This document shows positions 52,501 through 64,000 of a DNA stretch of 64,000 nt, piece by piece. Where the stretch lies: positions 61,420,788 through 61,484,787 of the forward strand of contig CM120640.1 of assembly GCA_051362555.1 (NCBI GenBank). The letters run 5' to 3'. A program made the position numbers and the translations under genes. The notes beneath the pieces were generated by a model. It did not search any database, was not told the origin of the DNA, and saw nothing but the letters and a program-made list of their open reading frames with translations. The stretch comes from Lingula anatina. Its lineage: Eukaryota > Animalia > Brachiopoda. Every line of letters begins with the position of its first letter. Position 1 is the first letter of the stretch.

Positions 52501-55500
52501 TGAAACGGCATTATGATTCATCTACTGCAACTACATTCACAACAATATAAATGGTAATTACATAACTGAGAAAATATATTAATTTACTGTAATTATTTGC
52601 ATACAAATGATAATCTAAGAGTCTTTACTCTCATTTTTAAGTATATGAAAGAAATATTGCTTAAACAAGATCAATAAAGAGAGACCTTTCCACAGTATTA
52701 TCCTTCCATCTGACATTTTTCACTCAGTAAATTGTTTTAACTCTTTAGGAGGGAAGTGGTCTATGAAATGGCCAGAATCAATAGCAACGGAATGAGGAAA
52801 TTCAACTGTTGAGCATCTTGGCATGCTTATAACCCGGAATTTGGGATGCTATCAGATATTGAAAAATGAGGGTTAATATGGCTTGATTGTAACCTGTCAA
52901 AATTGTGTCCATGCAGTAATACAAAAATTGCTGAGACTGACCTAAAAGGCACAGATCGTGGTCATGTGTTAAACAGAATATACCTGTAAAACTGAACACA
53001 TATATAATACATATATATCCATGTTTACACATTGTATAACCCAGAGATTTAAGATAATGTCAACTAACACAAGTTTTCAAAATGACCAAAACATTAAACA
53101 AATTTTAAGATTTTGGCACAAATCTAACACTCACATTAAAATTTTCTGTTCAATATACATAAAGTGTGATTAATATTAAAAGGTGAAGAGAAAGATAATA
53201 ATCACAACCATGACTGGCATGCACATAGACTTAAGATGAACTCCATCCTGCTTTTGTGATATAGGATATACATTTCAACTTCCTACAGTAGCTGCACGAA
53301 TAGATAGAATGAAATAAAGTAATGTCCTTACCCTTTTTTATATCCAAGAAGATTACAGAGTGGCCAAGATTTCAAAAACTAAAATGTATTCCTAACAGTT
53401 TTGGTCAATAGAGGCACTGAGATCTCAGTAACAGAAAGACAGGAGAAACAGATCAATAAATTATGCTGAACCTTCTTGGCCTCCTGTGACAGACATGAAA
53501 GGCAATCAATCCAGCTCTGGCCAAATCCTACCTTCAAACCGCCGAAACAATCCTCTTGAAAATATGGAAAATATATCCTATAGTAGTCCTTAGTAATTTC
53601 CCTAATATCTGCCCATAAAACTTGAGTTGTTTTATCAGTCCTCTTCCATGGTAAATAAGAAGCTGTCAGTATATTCCACTTATTGGTCTTCTACTTTGAA
53701 GCTGCAATTTTCTTCTGCATTGATCGACAGATTGAGCAAATCAATATCTCCCATGGCATTGTGGGTAATTATGCAGAGAACAGCATTAATAATTCAATAA
53801 CCATAGTGGCAGAAGGCAAGAGGATCTGGTAATATCCTGGCCTTAAAACTGAGAACAATTACAGAACAATTCCAATGACTCCGCAGTTACTTCGGAACGG
53901 AAATGAGCATTAATTGGCAGCGTGGTCTCACATGCCTACTGACAAAGAAGAAAAAATAACTAAATGCTATAGAGTAAGGATAGGGAGGCTCAATGTATGA
54001 CTGCAGGAAAACCAGCCATTAGTTCAGCACAGGACTGCTGTGATGAATGAAGACCATTGTAAATTCCTAGTAAAACCATCAATGAATACCTAAGCTCAAG
54101 ACAAAATGTAAAATTTGTTCTAAACGATACATTTGATTCACTTGAGCTTACAAAAAAGGAAAACAATATTCATTTTAGTCCACTTGAATAATAATTAGGT
54201 AAAAATAATGATTAGGTAAAAAATAAGTTATTTGGTTAAAAGAGAAGAAATTGTTTTCGGGACCTGACAGCAGAAATGTCCAAATAAATTTGAATAATAC
54301 AGGAGACCAATGACGCATATGACATTGGATTTTGTATTCAAAAGGCTAGTATGTATGATAACATGTACACCAGCATTTTTCATTTCTGGTAACATGCACT
54401 AATGATATACTATGCACATACCTCATGTTAACTTTATAAACAACCTGTTTTCATAATTCATGTTGCTTCTAAGCGTGAAGGAAAATGGCAATTTCCTTAA
54501 ATAACAAAAATTACAATTACTTTTCAAACCATATTTAAAGATTAAAAAATTCAGTGTTACGTACCCACTTCATTAAGTTCATAAGAGCAAGTTTGGAATA
54601 GCTTTTCCTGTGATAACTACACAGTAAATTCCTGAGCATTCGAATGTATCTTACAACTTTGAAACATAAACCACATACATGTATGTCAATACCTATCTTT
54701 TCATGACATGAAAAATATTCATCTAACAAATATTTTCAGACAATTATCATTGACTGAATCCAGCCAATGATCTAAATAATAATAATGATAATAAACTAGT
54801 GACTTCTGTCTAATAAATATATGTTTAAACAATATACAAATTAAAGTAGGTACTTATTACATTCTGGTATTAAAATATCAGAATTTGAAAAATACACCCG
54901 ATCAAAAAATTACATATAATTAACAAATAATTAAACTTACTTATTTCTAAAATCAAGAATACTAAAAATAAATACAATTCTTGCATTTACATCACCTACA
55001 TAACCATTACCTTCACTGAAATAAAATAAGAGGAAATGAATACCACTACACACTCATGCACTTACATCAAAAACAACATGAACACGGAGAAAGCCTTTTC
55101 AGAGATGATTTAATGTTGTCATCACAAAAAAGCCGTGAAAACATTTGTTTCATTTTGACCAAACTTAGCTGAGTAAAATATCACTCCACCCACATTCACT
55201 GTCTGGTAACCAAAGCTCACAGAACAAACACTATTCCATGTACATACTACAGGCAGCTAGATACACATCTCATTACATGTACCAAAGCTAGCTGATCATA
55301 CCAAACTGATGTTTTTATTCCTATAATTCCAAATACATGCTTCATTTAAACTCTGCCCATTGGTTACCTTGGTGTCACAGATATGGTAGCAACTAGAAAT
55401 AAATCACTAATATCTTGAGATTAAGGGCCTGGAACAACTTGTTTAATGAAACTTTCCCATAGGCAAGCCAAATAGAAATTGTGTTTTACTTACAAATGGA

Positions 55501-57400
55501 AAATTAATTTTAAAAAGTCAAATGGTTATTATAATAATTTTGTTAAAATTCAATTACTACAAATGATTTTGCTTAAATTTATTATATAACAAGTATCATT
55601 TTGATTTTGTACAAATGGTTCGTGAAATTATATTAATTTTTTTTTCTCATATTTTGAATTTGATGTTCAACACTGGCAGTGCTAAATGCCACCCGTCACA
55701 GTTGATAAATGCACAGGTTTAGAGGTTAAAAAATTAATAGGCATTTATTTGCCAATAAAACAATTTTTACCTTCACCATCTGGTAGATTCATTACATCAC
55801 ACTTTGTGGTTACAAGTACAGTTACAATACTATCAAGTTTTAAGTATTATAGCATGTACCTTAAAATATACAGAAAAAATTATACAGTTGAAAAATCAAC
55901 ACTTCTCAGCTTTAATATTTAACATTGTTAAAAATGATAAAGAAACAAGTGCACTTTCATACTGTCTATATTAAGTAAACAAAGATATTTTAACAATTGT
56001 CAAGCAGAGAGGGGTAAGGGAAAAACCACCAAAACAGCTGAAATACCATATTACCGGGGCCAAGTGGTACGATTCCAGGAAAAACCAGCATAACTGTTTA
56101 TTGCAAATCTTTCTTCTTTTTTTTTTCATTTTTTTCACAACAAGAAACAAACTATAATAGATTAACAAACTCAAAAGCATGAACTGAATCTATAATTGCA
56201 GTTGGTGTAAATCACTTACTAACACAAAACATACATATTCCCAAACCAATTATTTCAAACATTCACCATTCAACTGATTCCAGGAGTAGCATTTTGTTTA
56301 AAATGTTGATATTTAAATGAAATGACACTCCTTACAATCCGCTTTTTTTAGTTTCACGGTATAACTTTAAAATTGGAATTTTGATGAAATGTAATCCGTT
56401 CTTTCTCAGACTCACCTGGAAAGCACTAGGCCTAACTTGTGGGGGCTTTGGCCTTTTTCTATAACGGAACCATCCTATTCACACTTTTCACCAACTAAGA
56501 TTTGCAAGATACATGCCTACTTTATAAAGCAATGAATAATCTAATTCCTGAGTTCATGCCTTCATACAGATCATATCTCTATGACCTCAATGTTAACAAT
56601 GGGCAGGTGGTATAAGAAATAAAAAACCTCATATAAAATTCACTAATATTATTTACTATACAGCACAACTTTTCAAACAGTCGTGACTGTCTTAATAATA
56701 GAATGCTTCTTGAGAACAGACAAACAACTTACAGCATTTCTTTCAGTTGTCAATAATACCTCTGGATGCAAACAATAACTGCATAGGTGACAATGGGAAG
56801 GTGTAACTGATATATCAGTTATCAGATTGGATTCCTTAAAGTCATTTCCAAAATTACTTTAAACAAATGAGACTCATATGGATAACTACATACATGTGCA
56901 AATACTGATAAAATGTTCTATATTAAAGAAAATATCAAATCTACTTGTTATCATATTTCCACAGACACATGTGGCAATTTTCTTAGTTCAATATTTTCAA
57001 AACACTCAGAGGAGGGTTTTAAATAATACTGATAATGATATATATTGGTAGACATGTCTTTCTGAAAAATATACTTCTAAACTCATTAGAAAAATTGTTC
57101 TTCATCGTTTGATGGGTGAAGAAAATGGGTCATTGGCATCACCATCATTTCCATTTTCAACTTCAGTACAAAGTATGATCTCTCATACACTTGAACTATA
57201 CTTATTAAAAAACCTGAATTACACTCTGCTTTTCATAAAACAACAACGTGTAAGGAAATCCTGTCATCTGAGCATGTAATCACAGATGTTATGTCAAAAT
57301 CCTGTTTCGATTCCTTTAGACATGTGTGTGTAGTTTCGTTTCCCCATTCAAATTCGGCCCAGGGACCTAGCGTACATGGTGGAAATTTCTACTGATAACG

Positions 57401-57566
57401 CAGGCCCGTAGCCAGGGGGGTTCAGGGGGTTTGAAAGAAACACCCTTTTTGTCAGATAAAAGTCCATTTTGAACACAATTTGATCTAGGTACACAAAGGC
57501 GTCATTATAAAAGGTCCACTTTTCAGAAAAAGAACCCCCCTTTTGAATTTGCTGGCTACATGCCTG
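57401..57566. mobile_element. 166-bp MITE with 5-bp target-site duplication (hAT5-like)
   Basis: TIRs CAGGCCCGTAGCCAG / CTGGCTACATGCCTG (13 of 15 match); TAACG on both sides (57396-57400, 57567-57571). Confidence 0.8.
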
Positions 57567-57875
57567 TAACGTAATGACCCAGTCACATGAATTAGTTACT
57601 TTTTGGCATGTAACTCATAAGAGACGATTTCATGTCACTGCTGTTTAACCATCGATTCAGGATCGTAGCGTGCTTTCCCAACTGTAAAGTTGCCTTGCTG
57701 GATCATTTTTAATGTGTTTAATGTTACACTTTCCAAAATTTATGAATATGAAGCAAAATACGATGCATATTCTCAGTGGAAAACGTGCTCACAAGATTGG
57801 CACAATATTGAAATTTTGATGCCCATGTCCCATTGTTGTCACCCAGTTTCGTGGAGTTACAGATATATTTATTAA

Positions 57876-58060
57876 AGGGATAACAACTGTTCATAAGATA
57901 TCCATATTTCACAATGAATATATTGTAAACAACTCATAGAAATATAATTAATTCTATTATACCAAGAAAGGGTGGCTAACATAATTATTCTGGAATTTGT
58001 GCTTGACAACACATCATGTAGATGGCTACACTCTGTAATAATCTCTTAAGAGAGCATTAC

Positions 58061-58091
<31 letters not shown>

Positions 58092-58218
58092 AAAGAAAAT
58101 AACCAGGGACTAACTTTGAATGTGGGAATGGATTCATTAACAATTGGTAACTATGGAAAAATTGTCGTTTACCCCAGCAAAATCCATTTTTGGGCCAAAA
58201 TGAACAGTTGTTATCCCT
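57876..58218 (-). mobile_element. Kolobok-like MITE, copy 3
   Basis: Perfect 19-bp TIR AGGGATAACAACTGTTCAT, flanks TTAA/TTCA, same orientation as copy 2, internal poly(A) expansion. Confidence 0.9.
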
Positions 58219-60846
58219 TTCATTAAGTTGAGGGATTAGAAGAAAAAACGTATTTTTGCCCTCTCCACTAATATCAAGATGGTCAATAATATCAATCTGA
58301 AATTGTACTCTGACAAAGAACAAAAAGCTTGCAATTCCCATTCCTACCATAAAATACCACAACCTGTATGTAAACTGAGGCGTGGTAATAATTTGAAAGA
58401 TTGGTCAATCAGCACCGTCAATTTCCATAAGAACAAAAAGTTTACATGTGCCATTAAATTAAATGATATTAAACACAAATCATGAAATGACTTGTTTGTT
58501 TTCAGACAGATTTGCACGTTTACAAAAAGACAAGGTAGCAATTAAGATAAAACAAGGTACTGTCTGTGCAAACCTTGAAGATGTGCAAAACTTAGGAATA
58601 ACAAAATTATTCAAATGTACAGATGAAAGTAAGTAAATGAAATTACAGGATATCTAGCATTCAATGGTGTATTTTTTCTTTGACTTCATTAGATAACACC
58701 TCAATTTATATAACAAAACTACAGACACATTTGTTCCAAGGAAAAAAAATGGTTTTTTCTTTAACATTCATGAGTGGGTAGGGAAGTAGAAATTTTTTCA
58801 ATCATTTTTCAAAATTTACATTATAAAGAAATTCTCTAAACATTTTCCATACTATGTTGGAAAATAGGCTATATTAATATTTTTCATCCTTTTGGGCTGA
58901 TCCTGATGTGAGCTGATCCTGATGTTTTCTGTGCTGTTTGAATAACAAACTGAAAACAATTTTTTATACAATAGCCATGTCTATTCCTGTCTGTATCAGC
59001 AGTTAGGGAGAAAAAAATTATGAAAGGAAATTGCAACTGATAGACTGGAATTGGCCCATTTCATAACAAGTGGTATACTTTAGTGATATAGCTCTACTGG
59101 TATACTTTGAAAGGCCCTCATAGGTATTATGTTACAGGGTGTTTTATTCATTTTCACAAGTTTACTTCTTGCTGTTAAGGCATAAAATAATTCATTGGCC
59201 ATGAAGAGTTGGGGTGAGTGCTCCACCTCCATTTAAGTGACTCTCTTATACATAATATCCAATGTATTAAATCACCGAGCACTCAAAGTGTACCATAGAC
59301 ATGTGAAAAGGACATTATATTCATGATCAAAAGTACACTGAAAATGTTTGAATTCAAGTTTACTACAAATTATACCTAACTTACTTAATGTTTTAATTTA
59401 AACCATTTTAACTGCGGAATAAGAAAACAAGGCTAAAAACTTAAGGGTGACATTAAATGCTTCATTGTGAAAAAAAGATTGTACATTCACTTACCTTATC
59501 AGAAAATAATAAGAAAGCTAACCAAAGAAAAGGTGGGCAGGATTTCACCACCAATATTTCCCCCAAAGAATGTGTGGTCCTTATTCCAAGATGGCTGAAC
59601 AAACTGAAAACAGCCTAGCATGCAGGACTTTTTCCAATAATATCCAAACCAGTGTGTACTGGGCCCAAAGCAGAGAGAAATCAATAGAGGCAGAGGATTG
59701 ATCTGATGGAATTGTTTGTTCAACAGAAACATCTGAACTAATTCCCATATGCAGACACTGGGTTTATGTCAAACCTGATCTCATTGGTCTATCAACCTGA
59801 ATCTATACCAAATATTGGTTTTTTGACCAATCAATTTTTAGAAATGAATTATGCTGCAACAGCATAGTCACAAAACTCTTTTACATGATACTTTTTCTAT
59901 TTAGGACATACTTGCACTCAAATTAACATAGGATCTTTTGATCCCAGAACTGCAACATCATACTAATTAGCAAAGTCTACTTGATAAAACAATAATCATA
60001 AACTAGTTTACCAAAAGATGTTTGACTGGCAATATACAGTATATTGGTGCTTGCTGAGCCCGTGAACTACTTTTGTAAAAACCAATAGCTGAGAGAATTT
60101 AGAAAAACAAGACCAATCAATAAAAGTTATTGATGTCTACTCTTGTGTCTACTTCTGGGGCCTTTTTCATGACACATTACACTAAATCCAATACTGCTAG
60201 GTATATTGCTGAGCATCTGAAAGGGCAAAGTGGGTAAAATCTTGAAGGGATAATGACAAATGTCTTAAACACGCTTTTGTGAAGACAGATAAAAAATCAA
60301 GCCTTGAAAATATACCCTAGGTTCTAGATTTCGGTATTGCCAGCTCTATTTTGATTTCTATATAACCCACATCTGATTCAGCAATACCAACTCTAGCGAC
60401 CACTGGCATACTGGGGGCGTGTTTGGCCAAATTTTGCCTGGAGTATCCATATTTGGAGTATCCACATTTGTTTCGTACGTTACAGCTTTGTCCCACCTGG
60501 AGCTGCCTTTCCTGCCTTGAGCTGACATCATCTTGTGCAGACAAAACAAAGAACAAAGTAAAATGACTGACGCTGAGTTTGAAGTTTGAACGAAGAATAC
60601 CTTGCAATCAGAAATTAGTGCCACAACACAATTTAGCACCTTTCTGCTTTAAAAACTGATTTTTGGTGTAACCATTGCGCAGTACTTTTAGTGGAATCGG
60701 ACATAGCTGTCAAACTTGGCACACAGCAAGGACATGTATTTTTTGTTTATATCTTCAGGAGCAAATGTTTTTTGATAAGCAATAAAATACAAAAATATAT
60801 GGCATACCTTTTTCTTTTAAAAATATAATACTTATTTTTCAATTAA

Positions 60847-61177
60847 AGGGATAACAACCATTCATTTTGGCCAAAAAATTGATCTTCCTAGGGTAAAGGA
60901 CAATTTCCCATACTTACCAATGGTTAATGAACTCATTCTCACATTCAAAATCAGTCCCCGTTTTTTTTTTTTTTTCTAAAAAGTTTGGCTTTTTGTAATA
61001 ATCTCTTAAGAGTGTAGCCATCTATGGAAGTCACATGATGTGATAGCAAGAACAAATTCCAAAACAATTGCGTTAACTGCCATTTTTGTGAAAAAATAGA
61101 ATTTATCATATTTCTATGAGTTGTTTCCAATGTATTTATTTTGAAATGTGGATATCTTATGAACAGTTTTTATCCCT
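60847..61177 (+). mobile_element. Kolobok-like MITE, copy 4
   Basis: TTAA|AGGGATAACAACCATTCAT ... ATGAACAGTTTTTATCCCT|TTAA; same orientation as copy 1; right arm of the internal palindrome is truncated. Confidence 0.9.
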
Positions 61178-61497
61178 TTAACATTTAAATACAGTAAAAA
61201 AAAAATAAAATAAAGCAAAATTAAATGTTTTACGTTTCATTTTGGACTAATGACATTCAACTGCAGATTCACTTCAGAGCAGTTCCTCTGATTGAAGGAT
61301 ACTCAAAATTGATGCTGTTCTTCAGGGGCACTGTAAAGCCAACACATTAAAAGGGATAGTGAGCAAGCTAGCTCACTAGGGTATGAAAATACCAATGTGT
61401 GACTGGAAAAATTCATTAAAAATTTTATATTTTCAAATCAAATTTATCGAGGCTATAGTATTTTCAAACCTCAAACTGTAATTTGGTTTTTAGTTTG

Positions 61498-61769
61498 CAG
61501 GGGCGAATCCAGGATTATTTGAAGGGGGAGATACAAACCCAACCCTCCCCCCTTCTCTTCCCAATGTGGTGTTCGGGGCCTAATGAAGGGCCCCAAAATT
61601 CTTTGGTATTTTAGAGGGCCAACGGTGCCATTTGACTATGTTTAGAACTATGATTCAGATAATCAAAATTCTTACTTCAAGAGGGGAACAGTGGTGTGAT
61701 TTTTTCAAAAATCAAAGAGGGGGTCGGGACCCCCCTGACACTCCCCCCACCCCCCTTAATCTGCCACTG
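61498..61769. mobile_element. Degenerate MITE (CAGGGGCG-type TIR, hAT-like)
   Basis: TIRs CAGGGGCGAATC / AATCTGCCACTG with G-rich and C-rich subterminal tracts; imperfect 5-bp TSD GTTTG/GCTTG. Confidence 0.6.
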
Positions 61770-62421
61770 GCTTGAGAATGAAATGAGTTTATGTTTAAAA
61801 TACACAACCATGTCAAAGAAAACGACAGATGATGGCTACTCTATGTCCAGACACAAAGTGTCTATCCATAAAATAAAAGATATATGTAAAATCCACATTA
61901 TTTATGACTAAGGCACTGGTAATTGAAAAACTGATTAACCTTTGCAAAATCTAAACAGATATATATGAACTAAAAACATTATAATCATTCAATTACAAGT
62001 TGACATTTTATTTATTTTGAAGTTTAAACTTCTACAGCTGATTCATTCATTTTACCTTAAGCCTGGCCAAGGTGGCCCAGGCTTTGAACCTGTCTCCTCT
62101 TGTTTGTATTGCTTACAAGGTCCTCTTTTACAATTTTTAAAACAGCCAAAAAGGGCTTGCTAAATGGTGCAGGAATATATAGGATCTGAAACAGTAAGAA
62201 AAATGCATAAAATATACACAGATATAAAAAAGCAAAGAAATGTAGCCAGCCAAGGCCCCTGATCACCAAACACTGGAGGATCTTTCTCATAACAACTTTA
62301 TCCAATTTTTTTTCAATTTGTATCAGAACGTAGTGATTTAGATTCCTTTAGGGAAGTTTTGCATTTTGTAAATGAATGGACTTCTGACGAACTATCATTA
62401 CATGATAAAGATTGTGCTAAT

Positions 62422-62709
62422 CAAGGCTTTTCCCAGAATTGGGGTACAGGTCATCAAAATTTGCCATGTGTAATTTCCTTCAAAATTTCAGGGTGTCCAA
62501 CTTTTCCAAGTGCTGTGAGCGGAGGGGGGGGGGATAAATAAAACGAAAAAAAATTTAAATAATAAATTTCAAGGGGGAGGGAGGGTAAAAATAATCAATA
62601 ACAAGCTCCTGCTGATGCTCTTCTGAAAATGAACTCCCTTGAACAAATATGAAAATTGCCTTCTTGTCTCACTCAGATCGCGAATGATCTCCGTCTGGAA
62701 AAGCCCATG
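62422..62709. mobile_element. MITE with CA...TG ends and 7-bp TSD (P- or hAT-like)
   Basis: TIRs CAAGGCTTTTCCCAGA / TCTGGAAAAGCCCATG; TGCTAAT directly repeated at 62415-62421 and 62710-62716. Confidence 0.7.
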
Positions 62710-64000
62710 TGCTAATATAAACAGGCTCTCATATGTGTTTAAAAAAGGCACAAGACAATGGTCTGTACCTCCAAATTTACAGTTCCAATACTCATTTCCT
62801 TCTTAATTGATATCAGAAATATGTTACCAAGAAGATTAACTCTCAATAAAAATGTCAATATCATTAGAAGACAGTTAAATGGCAATAAATATTCTGTCAC
62901 ACTGTAGCTGTAAATAATGGATTTTTTGTCATTTTTTTCTCTAGGTTTTAACCTTAAAATGATGACTAGTTTCTTTAGCATAAGATCAGCCCACATTTTT
63001 TCTTTTCAAAAAGGCAGAGAAAAGGTGGCGTGTAACCTTCATGCTCTACTGATCAACTGCAGTCCTGATGGAGCTTTTGATAATAATGCAGAATTTTCTT
63101 CATTCCATTTTTGAACCTGTGCTCACTGATATTAATATCAATACCCTTTTTACTATGTGGTTTTTATGACTAAGTAATTCTTTAACTTAGAAATTTAATT
63201 CATGGAATATAATAATGGATTTGTGTTTTATCTAAAAAATAAAAATAATAAAACATTGGTACAGCATACTATATACTATCTAAAAAAAATAAAACATTGG
63301 CACAATATACTCAATGAATGATACGTTCATCAAAACAGAATATTCTTGCTCTGATCAATAATGGAAGGCCCATTGGAGGAAATTTTTTTACTGATTATAG
63401 AACAATGCAAATTTCTAGATAACTCCCTCAATCATCCATCAAGATGTTTCAGTATATAACTTGCCTTCATATAGATCTAAAAATTAAAGAGCAATTGAAA
63501 AATTTGAAAACTAATTATTTCACCCAACTGCCTTGAATTAATTCAAAGACAAATGGATCATAGCACAATTTCTTAACAATTGTTTTTATAAAACATTCAA
63601 CATGGCTAATGGGAGAATGTCACAGGTATGATAATTTCCACTGTACATAATTAAAACAAGGCATTCAAAGGAAACTGGTGAAGAACATTTTTTTTTTTAA
63701 TTTTGACATTAATAAATAAATCAAATATCTAGGATACCAATGCTGATCAAATACATTCTATTATCCAGCAATAACTGTTGGGCATGAAAACATCTCGTGC
63801 CAGCCACTTGGAATACAATTTATAATGAAAAAGATTTTTTCAGCCTGTTTAATCATCAATATGTTTATAATTTGATTTCTCACCAATAATCTCTCATAGG
63901 ATTACACCTGAGTCACTATAGCATGAAAATTCATGTGTTAGCACTCCTATTGACGCTTCTGAAATACACAGACTATGCTGACTGCGGTTACTGATGATTG

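Noticed and set aside
62060-62100. B-box-like GGTTCAAAGCC and SINE-tail-like fragments (also near 20740, 21850)
   Set aside because: Too degenerate; no A-box, tRNA fold or matching second copy.

Overview
AT-rich, intron-rich animal genomic DNA, probably a lophotrochozoan and likely a mollusc (inferred from the synaptotagmin N-terminus and exon organisation). Most short ORFs in the supplied track are spurious; real genes had to be assembled across splice sites by hand. Four genes are present. (1) An unnamed 358-aa two-TM protein (+, 3864-12118) with a tail rich in tyrosine signalling motifs. (2) TMEM258/OST5 (-, 15933-17250) with an ATG-only first coding exon, a U12-type intron and a 3'UTR intron. 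(3) A ~1230-aa, 22-exon KIAA2012 orthologue (+, 17873-33363) divergent from TMEM258, with a local frame inconsistency at exons 8-9. (4) Synaptotagmin-1 (-, 39572-49592) with duplicated mutually exclusive C2B exons, a VQ tandem acceptor, positioned TGCATG motifs and an intronic hairpin. There are also four copies of a TTAA-flanked Kolobok-like MITE with co-varying TIRs and internal palindrome, three other MITE-like elements and microsatellites. No prokaryotic system, CRISPR array, rRNA or tRNA was seen. Family assignments come from remembered sequence motifs, not database searches.
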